Under the pieces are notes generated by a model that was not told the origin of the DNA, ran no database searches, and was given only the letters and a program-made list of their open reading frames with translations. The translations under genes and the position numbers were made by a program. This document shows, in pieces, positions 27,121-40,225 of a stretch of 64,000 bases of DNA. The stretch covers positions 118,234,001 through 118,298,000 of the forward strand of contig OX597818.1 in NCBI GenBank assembly GCA_951406725.2, given 5' to 3'. Source of the DNA: Octopus vulgaris (lineage: Eukaryota). Numbering within the stretch: position 1 is the first letter of the stretch; the number at the start of each line of letters is the position of its first letter.

Positions 27121-28010
27121 AAGGTGGTGCGCTGGCAGAAACGTTAGCATGCTGGACGAAATGCGTAGCCGTATTTCATCTGCCGCTACGTTCTGAGTTC
27201 AAATTCCGCCGAGGTCGACTTTGCCTTTCATCCTTTCGGAGTTGGTAAATTAAGTACCAGTTACGGACTGGGGTCGATATAATCGACGTAATCCGTTTGT
27301 CTGTCCTTGTTTGTGCTCTCTGTGTTTAGCCCCTTGTGGGTAGTAAAGAAATAGGCATTTCGTTCATCCTTGCGTTCTGAGTTCAAATACCACTGAAGTT
27401 GAATCGCCTTTCATTCTTTCGGGGTCGATAAATCAAGTACCTGGGGTCGATGTATTCGATAAATTAAGTACACTGGGGTCGATGTAATCGACTCATACCC
27501 CACCTCCCACAAAATTTCGGGCCTTGTGCCTAGATTAGAAAAGAATGTTATTCATACTTCTAAGACGGAGAGCTGGCAGAAACGTTAGCATGCTGGTCGA
27601 AATGCTTAGTGGTATTTCCTCTGTCTTTAGGTTCTGAGTTCAAATTCCGCCGAGGTCAACATTGCCTTTGATCCTTTTGGAGTTAATAATTTAAATACCA
27701 GATGCGTAGTGCTTCGATCTAATTCACTGACCCCTCCCCCAAAATTTCGGGCCTTGTGCCTAGAGTACAAATAAAATATTATCAATTATTCTGTGAAGGC
27801 GGCGAGCTGGTAGAAACTTTAGCACGCCGGGCAAAATGCTTAGCTGCTTTTCGCCCGTCTTTACGTTCCTAATTCAAGCTACACCGAGGTCGACTTTGCC
27901 TTTCCTCCTCTCGGTGTCAAGAAAATAATACCTGTTGAGCACTGGGCTTGAGGTAATCGACTTACACCCTACTTCGAAATTGCAGGTCTTATTTCAAAAT
28001 TTCACACCAA
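27121..28010 (+). mobile_element. Head-to-tail array of four S1 SINE units
   Basis: Units start near 27121, 27356 (headless), 27562 and 27796. Each has the B-box region and core. Confidence 0.9.
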
Positions 28011-28649
28011 TATGATTTACTTGTGATATTCCTGATGGCTCGTAGGTAGAGTAATAGCATAGCTGAATTTTTTCTACTTGACCTGGTGCCAGTAGAACTG
28101 TGCATTTACGAATTTCTGTAAGACATGTAGTAGTTTTGATAACATTCGAAACAACATCTCTTTTAGTGAGCGTGATGGCATAGCTGGAATTGTTTTTAAC
28201 ATTTGCTTAGGGTTTTCTAGCTTGACACTCAGTATTGGCCGCCTTGACGTGTGTGATTTTGAGAATCATTGACAAATTCATATTTATAAGATGGAGCGAA
28301 ATCGGTCTGTTTCCTATGACTGATAACGTTTTTAATTAAAAAAATATTTTAAAATAATTACATAGAATGTGCGCATTGATGGCGTCTATGTTAAAAAAGA
28401 TAGCGGATTTTACCATCTCCTGAGACGGAATGAAGATTTCCCTAACAACGCATTTAATATTCATAAACCGTACAACGATTAATGTGTTGTATATGAAAGT
28501 TCGTAGAAAATTTGTGGTAGCTCTCTCTACATGTTTTACAATCCGCAGAACAAGACTCGTTCTACATTCGATGTGGAGAGTAGGACAAATTCCTCTCAGA
28601 AACTTGTACACTGCATTGAGTATTTCCTGGAGAACAGAACACGTGTTGC

Positions 28650-28832
28650 AGGAGATTCCGAAGACGTCTGGAGGCCGTGGTTGAATCAAAGACGATTTTA
28701 TTGAATGAATTTTTTTCTTTAGTATTACAAGCTATTTTTATGTAATTTTGGTAAATATATCTGTTAAAATGAGATGTCAGTGTTATTTTCCTTTTGGCGT
28801 AATTTAGACTACAATTTATTCACCGTATCTTG
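28650..28832 (+). mobile_element. 3' end of a Tc1/mariner-superfamily (maT/DD37D-like) transposon
   Basis: CRRFRRRLEAVVESK/DFIE* resembles maT-type transposase C-termini. The ~75-bp 3' non-coding segment recurs at 30197-30270. Confidence 0.6.
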
Positions 28833-29254
<422 letters not shown>

Positions 29255-30107
29255 AACATGCTAAAGCGGTATATGAACCGGCTCTTCTCGTCCTGATTTA
29301 TAATGCATCGGAGCACAAATTTGTCTTTCAGGGTCAATAAAATAACCTCCCTGTAACAAGTGACGGTACCTACGTAATCCCTTCCCCAACAAGAAATGGT
29401 GACCTTGTGGCCGAATCAGAAACTATTTTAAATTCAGAAACCATACATATACACATCCAACGATTACTACTCACTTGCATGCGAATTTGGTAGCTGTTTC
29501 ACGTATTTCTCTTATCTCTTTAGGCCCAGAGAAAACAATGTATACACTCATGAACATCCTATATTTTAGATAACAAGTGCACTACCTTACAAGATCCCTA
29601 TTTTTCCATTGTTTTTTAAAACTGAGGGATGATAACATGAAATTAGTCCGCAAGCTTTGAAATGCGTATTAATAGGTTCGATTCTATGGTGTATACTTGG
29701 GTATTAGCGCATCACTGTAAAATTTTAATATAAGTGTAGGCGTAGGAAATGAGGTGGATTTAACCACATGTTACTACTGGTAGTTATTTAACAGATGGCA
29801 AATATAAATGAAACTGTACTTAAAATATGTTCTAGTCTGAGTTTAAACAGGAGGAAATATTTTAGGTATTTTAAAATTTTAAATGTTAGCATTAAAAGTT
29901 ATGGACATAAATTTTAATAAACGCTGAATACTTGGAAAGTTGAAGCTACTCTTACAGGCGTTTACAAAATTTACCATTAAAACGATACAAATATTCATAC
30001 TTTGAGTTGTCGTTGTGAAATATAAGTGAAGATACCAAAAAGTAACCAGAAACGCTCTCTCTGGGGCAATGCGTTGTAGTTCAGGCTTCCGCCGTTATAA
30101 GCCGCTT

Positions 30108-30272
30108 GATGAACAGAAAGCGTGCATTATGGCAGCATTCACCAAATTAAACAAGACCGCCCAGAAGAAGAGTTGCAGGAGATGAATGAATTAACTCTTT
30201 AGTATTACAAGCTATTTTAATGAAATTTTGGTAACTATATCTGTTAAACTGAGATGTCAATGTTATTTTCTG
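30108..30272 (+). mobile_element. Second fragment of the same maT-like transposon
   Basis: DEQKACIMAAFTKLNKTAQKKSCRR followed by the 3' segment shared with 28717-28790. Confidence 0.55.
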
Positions 30273-30299
30273 TATATGTTATACTGCTAGGTGGTGCGT

Positions 30300-30982
30300 C
30301 TTTGTTTTTCAGTATTTCTCCCCTGTTCGTCAAATTTTGCGATGGCTGAAACGAAGGGACAGTGTGTTCCCGTGAATTACATTTTTCCTGCTGGAGAAAG
30401 CGGCTGCCGAACCAGTTGTAATACTTCAAACAGCTTACAAGGACGCTACCGGGAGAAAAAAACAAGGTTATGAATGGTTTTCACGCTTTAGCACTAATAA
30501 CTTGAGGAGCAACCGCGCTCAGGGCGACCGTCGACCTCCAAAACGAAAGAAAACATCATGAAAATTCATGAAATGATTTTGGAGGACCGAATAATAGACG
30601 AACTTTTTGATATCGTTGGTATGTCCTCGAGCTCCTTCCATTTTCAGCTAGAAATTGCGAATGAAAATATGTGCCTCGCTCGCTCATGTGAGATGAAAGA
30701 ACAGTTGGAAGTTGATCCGGACCCCTTTACGAAGGTAATCAGTGGTGACGAAAGCTGGTGCGACGAAATTTGCAAATGTGGAAGAGGGGGAAAAAAACCC
30801 ATGTGTTAAAAGGCAGTACTTCGCAAGAGTTCCAGCAATGTTTCCGACAATGGAAAATGCTTCTGGACCGATCACTGCTTCAAACGGAGACTACTTTGGA
30901 GGTGATAAAAGTGTAAACTTGTAAAACCAAGTGAATAAAATAATACTGCAAAATTGCAGTGTCTTTTATGTACCCCCTCATA
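30300..30982 (+). mobile_element. Degenerate, internally deleted mariner transposon
   Basis: ...GYEWFSRF / LEEQPRSGRPSTSKTKENIMKIHEMILEDR... VISGDESW (first catalytic Asp motif) ... GDYFGGD. Ends in TIR-like TTTTATGTACCCCCTCATA. Confidence 0.85.
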
Positions 30983-31262
30983 TACATATTTGAAACACTG
31001 TGCGTTTTAGTGCTACGCTGTCGTAATTAAATCATTAGTTTATTCTGTGATTTTCTTACAATGGGATTTATTAACGAAACCTTGGAGGTAGTGGAGATAA
31101 CATTATTGTAACCAAATCCATATTGGTTATCTATTCTTAATTATTCTGTAAACGTAACTTTATCTATACTTTGAATTACAATTTCGCTTATAATTGCATT
31201 GAGGCGCGTATCTCTAAAACAATCGTTTTCGAAAAGGAATAAGTTGCAATGTATATTTTCAA

Positions 31263-32819
31263 CTAGCAGAGATACCAGGCGTTGCTCGGAATTAAAATAG
31301 TTTGCATATATATATTATAGTTAGATTGAAAAAGATGACACGGCAAAGTGCTGCATTGACAAGACATTTGTGGAGTATATGATGAGCTAATTCGAGTAAC
31401 CTATTTCTTTATTACCCACAAGGGGCTAAACACAGAGGGGACAAACAAAGACAGGCATAGGTATTAAGTCGATTACATCGACCCCAGTGCGTAGCTGGTA
31501 CTTAATTTATCGACCCCGAAAGGATGAAAAGCAAAGTCGACCTCGGCGGAATTTGAACTCACACCGTAACGCAGACGAAATACCGCTAAGCATTTCGCCC
31601 GGCGTGCTAACGTTTCTGTCAGCTCGCCGCCTAATTCGAGTAACCGATATGTCACGCGTTCGTGTGGAGTATACCAGTAATGGGGGATTGGGAGCGAAAG
31701 GGACCATGTGATTTTAGAACGCACCGAAAAGCTGTCAGTGGATATACTCTCCTTAGCGGTGGTCAGCGTTGCATCTAAGACGACCCGTCGCCTGACGTTT
31801 TGAAACCTTCGTGTGTGTTTGTTGCCCTACATCACTCATAAAGTAAATTTAGAGAAACTGTGGTTGTTCATTTGTGGGCAACAGGAAAGCAATGAGGTGA
31901 TAGACTTGCTTAAATCCTTGTTCAGCTATCTCCTTAGATGCACCAAACGATGTTATTTGAAATGCAGAGTTATATTGTCTGATATTGTTCAGAAAATCCT
32001 CTGATCGGATGGAAGTACGTTCCAGAAGATCCATAAGAGATAGAGGAGGAGGTGGTAGTTCTGTCAATATTACATTATTGTCTGAGCAGCACATGGTATT
32101 AGTTATATTTGCAGAAACGACAATTTGAGTTTAGCCCATCAGTTTGGACAAAATTATCACTTTTATGAGAATGGGATTTACCATATCCGAAAGCAGCTCC
32201 AGAAGTTGCTGATCTTGGGAAAGTCTCATCTCCCTCCGCTCATGAGACTACTTTTGATATACTGCAGCATGCATTTGCTGATCTTGGGAGGGTCTCTCTT
32301 CTGTATTGAGACTCCATCTGACATGCGTTGGTTGATCTTGAGAATGTCTCATATTGCTTCTGCCTTAAAACTCCATTTGATTCGCTGCAGCATGTGTTTA
32401 CTGATCTTGGTAAAGTCTCATTTCTCTTCTCTCTTGAGACACCATTTGACGTGTTGGGGCATGCCTTTGCTCATCTTGAGAAAGTGTCATCTGGTTTCTG
32501 TTTTGAGACTCCATTTAATGTGCTGCAGCATGAGTTTGCTGATCTTGGGAAAGTCTCAAAGATATAACTGAAATAAGATGAACTTAGTGTTATTACATTA
32601 GAATTAAAAATGAAAGAATAAAAGCGAAACTATTATTTAACGCGTTATGCAGAACCAGTGCTAATGTTATATTATTTTAATCCAAATGCAAAACAAAAGT
32701 TACATGATGGCAATCACGGGGCCTGATACTATTAGTTGTAAAATTTTATTTGAATTGGTCGAGCCGTTTGAGAATGCGTAGGTAACAGACAGAGAAACAA
32801 AGAATTTTATATACACGGA
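31263..32819 (-). mobile_element. Internally deleted Helitron with RepHel N-terminal remnants
   Basis: 5' A|TC at 32819; 3' hairpin CCGAGCAACGCCTGG and CTAG|T at 31263. ORF 31849-32094 (CC...LTELPPPP...FLNNIRQYNSAFQITSFGA...QVYHLI..LLP...PQFL) is typical RepHel pre-Rep sequence. 69-bp repeats at about 32205-32560. Confidence 0.9.
31401..31632 (-). mobile_element. Full-length S1 SINE nested in the Helitron
   Basis: Complete S1 on the minus strand. TSD CTAATTCGAGTAACC at 31387-31401 and 31631-31645. Confidence 0.92.
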
Positions 32820-34240
32820 TGTAATACAAAGTAAATTGCCATATCTTATTACCTGAGTAGTATTTGAAGAGTGATTTAGCCAACAGATATCTCAATATGA
32901 ATCCAGTTTCTTGTATGAATGTCAAAATAGTATTTGTTTGATACTAGGGCTGGGGGTTAATATCAAAACACAGTCTATATTAGGAAATTTGTCGTAAGCA
33001 TTCTGCCAGGAAGACCTCCTCGGCATTGGGAAAATGTTTCCCTTCATTTGTCGCTGATATGGCTACGTCACTCCTTCTATATTTCCTTATTTAAGCGAAA
33101 TATTGATTTTTTCTGTTTTAAATATAAATCATTTCTTGTTGTTTCTCTCTCTCGCTCACACTGTCAATCTTCCTTGATTATTTACTACAGAAAAACTGTC
33201 ACTAACGACTAATTTCAAAATTTCTCAACAGCACATAGTCTTTCGAATAAGGTTTCACTACCAATTTACACACACACAGACATACACACATAAGAAAAAA
33301 TACTGAATTATGATGTGAAATATTTATTTAAGCATCTGCATTTTTAAGGATTGCCTATATTTAAGATATTTCCGTTAAGGAACTAAGAATTCAATAGCAA
33401 GGCTCTAAGCTAATTTAATAAGAAGTGCGACGTATTTTCTTCGGTAAATGAAATATTTCATCACATGAAAACCAGTTGATTTGTAAACTAAGATAGCAAT
33501 ATTTATTAGTATAACTACTAGAGCTACCGTCAATTTCAATATTTCCTTATTTATAATACATGTATATATGGAGTGTGTACCTTGTGATCGGATGGATATG
33601 CATTTGTAGATGTCGAATGTACAGGCCTGGGTTAACTTCTCACGTAAACCACTTGTTATTTATCAAGAGAAAGATATGAAGTGCATACGTTTATCAAATT
33701 CTTATCTGTCACAATTACAGTTGCCAGAAGGCGAATCTGTAAATAGATACTTTAAGGATTAACACTCGATACTGCACTATTTCGACCATACACTGTATTA
33801 AGATGTTTCGTTATTTATTCACCCCCAAATGCAAGGGTCATTTTGGCTGAGAATTGTACACAAACTTGGCATGTAAAGGAAATACTGGAAAGCGCTCCAA
33901 CGACTCTGTCCATATACCGCCTTGAACGTAAAAATAACATCAGCATAAATGTAAACCACTAGCAAAATTAATCAATTTCTGAGTTATATTTCTCTTTTTA
34001 TTTCACTGGATTCAATCAGTAAAACTTGTGCTCAGAAAATACAAATTTGCAAGTATATTTTACTATATGTTTTATATAGAAATGCATAAAAATAATCTAT
34101 AATAAACATTATTTTTGATAGCATATTGATGTGATGTTATTGTTGCAGTCTCCCCCTTGATGCACACTGATTAAAGTTATAGCCGTGAGCAGAACGCCAA
34201 TTGAATGGAAATTAGGAGAACAATATCAGAGTACGGTGAG

Positions 34241-34540
34241 ATAGCCTCGGGTCGACCGAAGCCTTATGAGTGGATTCGGTAGGCGGAAACTGAAAGAAGC
34301 CCGTCGTATATATTTATATGTATATGCATGTGTGTCTGAATGTATTTGTGTGTCTGTGTTTGTTCCCCCAACATCACTTGACAACCGATGCTGATGTGTT
34401 TACGTCACCGTAACTTAGCGGTTCGGCAGAAGACACCGATAGAATAAGTCCTAAGGTCGATTTCCTAGAGTAAAGGCGGTGCTCCAGCATGGCGACAGTC
34501 AAATGACTGAAATATCTAAAAGAGCAAAAGAGTAAAAGAG
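34241..34540 (+). mobile_element. SINE family S2, 5'-truncated
   Basis: Collinear with the reverse complement of 51875-52185, including the internal (TG/TA) tract. Confidence 0.85.
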
Positions 34541-36122
34541 GAGGTTCAGTTTCACACAATGGCCTTTAAGATACAGGTACTACTAATTTTCGCCAGGTAT
34601 GAGGCCTTGAGGTACCTGAAAATATTGTGTCTTGCTCAAATATTCAACCTGCCAGTTTTTATCAAACTCATCATCTTATTTTCGTCAGAAGAATACCTGA
34701 AGCCATGTGACTTCACACAGGGTGTCGTCTTGAACAACGAGAAAGGCTTCCCACACTTTTGAAGACGTAAAACAAAATCTTATATTACGAATCCCTGTCA
34801 ATTTTGGATTTCTCGCTTCGAATGTGTAAAAAGTATGTGTTAGCACCTGAATAGTTGGAACAGTAATATGCAACAAGATGAACACATCCTCATATCGTTA
34901 AAGTAATAACGTTTCAAAAAGAAAATATCAAACTGGATAGAAATAAAAAGATATAACAATTTTGAAGTGATGCGTTTAGTAAGTAAATCTACGTTGATAT
35001 AATGAAAAGGAAATATATCTTAATACAGTTGCATTATTGAAACTCTAGGAGAGAAATTGTGCTCTTAACCATGGAGTAATATGATTGGATGCAAAATGTC
35101 TTCATTGGAATTTCAACTGTTGGGGGTTTGAAATTCTCATGAGAATGAAACAAGAAAATGGAGGAGCAGAGGAGATGAGAAGAAAATGAAGAGGAGATGT
35201 AGGAAGAGTATGAGGCGAAGATGGCTTCCATATCCAATGATCTTGTACCAAACCGCGAAAACTGGAATCTGTATTTGAAACAGTTGCGCAGTGTGTCTTT
35301 AAATATATAAAAAATACAAATTCTGCTATTTGAATCAGTTTTCAGCATCACATTTTAGGTGAATTACCTGTTTCTATTTCAATATTAAATGCAAAAGCAG
35401 AAATTATTCACAGCGTTGACAAAAAAATGAGAATGTACATACCACATCTGAGATTCAAGATGGTGCTAAAAAATGCCAAGAATTCCAACGATATTTCGCA
35501 CAAGCCATTTTAATAAAAAAAGTAGTCAGCAATTCTCTAGTTTTTATTGAAAATCTCAACGTTACCATATAGTTGTTGAGAACATGGACCCCAAGTGCTC
35601 CAATATTCACGAATTCAAAGCGATTGACAAACATTTCCATATGCAATGGAGCGCTCCTTGTTAGAAACAGAAGCCAAATATCTGCCATCCTACTGTGTTA
35701 AGAAATGGTCTGTGAAATGCTCGGCCATTTCTCGCTTACGCTGAGAAACACTGCGAAGCTAGCAGCTCACAGAGGACTCTTGTCCCGCTCTAACTCCATC
35801 AGTTTATCTCCAGAGGTAACGAACCTCCCGTGTATGGAGTTATAACGAACCACACGCTGCTATAAAGATGGTCGCTGAGAGCGATCCATATGAACGGGAG
35901 CTCTGTAAATAAACGGCTATTAACTTTTACTTCGCTTGTGAACTTCTTCGTGCCCCAGATCCTTGAAATGAGATACTCCACAGGTATCATAAACCTTCGA
36001 TCCCATTATACATCAATGAAGGAATAGTAAAAGGAATATTATTAACAACTACGCCATATGCCCGTGGGCATATGGCGTAGTGGTTAGAAGCACAAGATTC
36101 CAAGCATGACCTGAATAATAAC

Positions 36123-36183
<61 letters not shown>

Positions 36184-36274
36184 GCTGTGAAAACAACATC
36201 CACTCATGAATTTATTTATTTATTAATTTTTTAAATACATATTTTGCCTGTGAAACTTCGTGTGTAATCTGGGA

Positions 36275-36376
36275 ATGCATACAATGAGCTTCTCTGCCCT
36301 GGGTGTACGGAAAATACTCGGCGAGAAACGGAAGAAAATTTGAAGAAAAAAGGAAAGAAAATAATAATAATAATAA
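36275..36376 (+). mobile_element. R4/Dong 3'-UTR-only insertion (family B-like) with (TAA)n tail
   Basis: Homologous to the reverse complement of 42101-42185 (ATGAG.TTCT.TGCCCT.GG...ACTCGGC.AGAAA.GGAAG.AAATTTGAA). Confidence 0.75.
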
Positions 36377-36565
36377 CATCGAAAACTACCTTAGGAATGA
36401 GAACTCAGTTTCGAAAGTTTCCCAAGACACCCGAAGAAGGTTGGAGGGTATATCAGCCGTAACGTGTTAACAACAACAAGATGAGGACAAATATCCGCCG
36501 AATGTAAATAATATAAATACTGTAAGTAATGTACATAATTCCTCATCTCTTAAATATAGAACTGC
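36377..36565 (+). mobile_element. Short repeat-like element with a degenerate minimal hammerhead
   Basis: 36426-36468 reads ACAC CCGAAGA A GGTTGG..TCAGCC GTAA CGT GTT. Stem II is intact; both core boxes carry one mutation. Confidence 0.5.
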
Positions 36566-36989
36566 ATTACTAATTAATCTTATAATTTCAGTTAATCTAC
36601 CCTCTGTACATTGCATGATTTTTACCATGGATATGTATTCAAACGTTCTTTACACCATATTTTTACTGAGTTCCCCATAAGACGGGATATAAAAATTGGA
36701 GATGAGATTTCATTCACTTTACTCCATTCGTTATTTACCTACATCGTGGATTCATAGAAATAATTTTTTTCAAATTCTTGTCCCAAAGCTAAGGTTAATA
36801 TTAGCGTCGGATAAATATACAACACTTATGCTTGAGTGTTAATAATATTATATAACCTGAAATATGAAGCAAATATTACTCTTGCCAATCGCTATTCGAC
36901 AATTTCCATATTATATTTATTCATTCGTTGGTACTCGTCTTCATATTTTATCCGTTTTATGTCTTGTTCATTTAATATTTATTCATTTG

Positions 36990-37720
36990 AAGGCAGTGAG
37001 CTGACAAACGTTAGCACGTCGGGTGAAATATTTAGAGGCATTTCGTCTGTATTTATGTTCTGCGTCCAAATTCCGCCGAGGTCGACTTTGCTTTTCTTCC
37101 CATCGGGTCGATAAATTAAGTGCCAGTTACGCGCTGGGATCGATGTAATCGACTCCATCCCTTTGTCTGTCCTTGTTTGCACCCACTATGTTTAACCCTC
37201 TGTGGGCAATAAAGAAATAAGAAACGTTTTTAGTTCAAATTCCACCGAGGTCGACTTTGCCTTTTATCCTTTCGGGGTCGATTAAATAAGTACCAGTTAC
37301 CCACTGGGATCGATGTAATCGACTTAAACTGTTTGTCTGTCCTTGTTTGTCCTCTCTGTGTTTAGCCCGTTCTGGGTAGTCAAGAAATGGGTATTTCGTT
37401 TGTCTTTAAGTTCTACGTCTAAATTCCGCCGAGGTCGACTTTGCCTTTCACCCTCAGGATCGATAAATTAAGTACAGGTTGCGCACTGGGGTCGATCTAA
37501 TCGACTGGTCCCCTTCCCCCAAATTCCGGGCCTTGTCATTAGAGTAAAAAATAATATTTGTTCATTTGAAGGCGTTCTGAGTTCCAATTTCCGCCGAGGT
37601 CAACTTCGTCTTTCATCCTTTCGAGGTCGATAAATTAAGTGCCAGTTGCATACAGGCGTCGATGTAAATAACTGCCCCCCTCCCCAATTTCGGGCCCTGT
37701 ACCAAGAGTAGAAAAGAATA
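36990..37720 (+). mobile_element. Head-to-tail array of four S1 SINE units
   Basis: Four repeats of B-box plus core, starting near 36990, 37225, 37391 and 37570. Confidence 0.9.
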
Positions 37721-39426
37721 TTCATTTGTTTATCTGTTGAAATGTCCTTAAGAATCATTATTACAATTGAATATCGCGACTGATTATCACGATAAGCACA
37801 ACTGAAGCTTATATGGTCGTAGTGATGAGAGATATATTCATATCTCTTACACATGATTTCATTTTGCTGCATACCTCTATTCTTCTTTCCATCAGTTTAC
37901 AGCTCCTTACCTTTTCCGCACAAACCTATTGGATCGACGCGCCGCATATTTTCGTCACAAATGCTCTGATTCTCACCTACGCAGTTTATATATTTCTCCA
38001 TTAGGAAAAGTGTATCCTGTCGGAATATCTGCTTTCTACGTTTACGTAATGACATCAATCCGATGGCATCTATGACGAAGGTGTTACAAATAATGGAGCT
38101 GGTTTTTTACACAGAGAAGAAAAAGAACACTTGTTTACAATAACCGTATTGAACAATCGATATTCATACAAATACCTGGCTCTTAAAGCTTTCAATCCTT
38201 TCCCAATAAACTATACACATACTGATATTTATGTAATTCAAAACAGTCCTACGTAGGAAATAACATTCCGGGCCATTATTTGAAAACATAATGTTGCGTG
38301 ATTCAGTAACAGGGCGCCACTGAACGTAGCAAACATATTTTAGATTTCAGCTGCAATTTTGATATTGAAATATAATATCAAGTTATTGATACGTTAACAG
38401 GTGTATTTAAGTATGAAAATATACAGAATTAAACACAACGTGAGTTATTGAAATTCTTGATGGTGGATAAGCATACTTTCATTTTGAACGGTAACATAGA
38501 CACGTTCTTAAAAAGATGTTTTGTACATTAATCCATAGTTGAGATTAATTTCTTTTACCATATTCTTATACCTGTTAATACCGATGTTTATATAGATCTA
38601 ACATCTAAAGATTGGCAAGATTTTTTCTGTGGGTGTTGCCCATTATCTAATCTTTTCTCTCACATTCTTGGATTGGCTTTATATGATGCGATTATAGTTT
38701 ATCGTGTAAGAAAAATTAGTTTTATAAAAATTGGACGGCGAATTATTGTGAGCATTGTGGAAAAGCACACTCCGTTTGGTATTTAATCTTGAAGGAACTA
38801 TTAAGAATGAACATTGATATGAATCACTGATGAAATGCATGTACAAAATACATCTACAAAAATAACTATAGTAATGATTTCTCATACAAGAAAAACGATT
38901 GAAATTTTGTTTGAAACGTGATTAACTTAATAAATGATTAGGAATGCTAACGACCTCGTACGACTCCTTCTTCACGCTTAAATATATAGAAAAATAGAGA
39001 AAAAAGCGGTTGAAACTCAGACAAAGAGGGTAAGTCATAGAACCGCGTAAATTTGATCTTATGACACATATAAAAGAGAGCTTTTTGCATATATTCGAAT
39101 ACCGACTCTCAATTCTTACGAGGGCGTAAAAAAATGCGTTCCTTTTCTACAGCTAACATGACAATCTCTCCCTTATATAAGTTGTCTTCGTTATTTACCA
39201 TCATTGTTTTCGTATTCTGTGCATGCATTTAAAAATGGGTGCTTTTATGCTATTGGGTTTGTCTGCCAAAAATTAATTGTGTATGTAGCAACTGAAGTTT
39301 AGTTTCATGTTTACCTTTATTCGGCTTATCTCCATTATAATATTTTATTCTATAGTCACAAAACTTGATATTTAGGGGTGGCTTAGTCTAATACTGCATC
39401 TGTAAGTAAGTATGTATGTATGTATG

Positions 39427-39488
<62 letters not shown>

Positions 39489-39566
39489 GTTGAGTTGTGG
39501 GGTATCGCACGAGTGGGATTATATAAGAAAAAAGGTTTGAAAATGCAATTTAAACGATGTTTATTT

Positions 39567-39607
39567 ACTTAACCGGTTTCACTCTTTGGTAAAAGATTGT
39601 CAAAAGT
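39567..39607 (-). ncRNA. Variant minimal hammerhead-like motif
   Basis: Minus strand reads ACTT TTGACAA TCTTT TACC AAAGA GT GAAA CCGG TT AAGT. Stems I and II and palindrome ACCGGT are present; the core and triplet are non-canonical. Confidence 0.55.
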
Positions 39608-39620
39608 TACATTTCAGGAA

Positions 39621-39760
39621 ACATTGAATAATATGGGTTCAAAAAAAGTTTTTTACATAATTGTCACATTGAAAATTATGCATTCAAAAAAGTTTTTACA
39701 TAATTGTCACATTGGATATTATGAATTCAAAAATCTTTTTTTATACATAATTGTCACATT
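39621..39760. repeat. ~45-bp minisatellite, 3 units
   Basis: ACATTG.A.ATTATG..TTCAAAAA..TTTTTACATAATTGTC units start at 39621, 39666 and 39709. Confidence 0.85.
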
Positions 39761-40193
39761 ACATGTATAAATATAGTGTTTGGTAACAGAGAAGTTCAAT
39801 AGTGTGATGAGAAAATTTGGGAAAATTTGGCAGAAAAGGATAAAACAAATATATTATTGGGAATTGGTTGCGTTAATTATTGGTTGTCGCAAATTGTCAC
39901 ATTACATGTATATATATACAATCTTTGGTATATATATACAGCCTTTTGACAGCAAAAATTAAAATGGATTTTTTATACATCTCAGAATATTTTAAGTACA
40001 AGGCGAGAATATGTTTTTACTGACCTGTCGGTATTAGCAGAAAGGCTGAACTGAGAGAACAGAAGAAGTAGCCAATGTGGTGTATATTTCCCCTTTATGC
40101 ATGAATGATTTTGGGGTTATCAGGAGGTTAGTATGCGGGTGTGAATAGATGTGTCCGTGCCTGCTGGTCAGATAGCGTCTGTTTGTCACACAC

Positions 40194-40225
<32 letters not shown>

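Noticed and set aside
27121-28010. Repeat-spacer appearance suggesting a CRISPR array (also 36990-37720)
   Set aside because: Units are ~200-bp SINEs with Pol III boxes, the spacers are repeated rather than unique, there are no cas genes and the context is eukaryotic.
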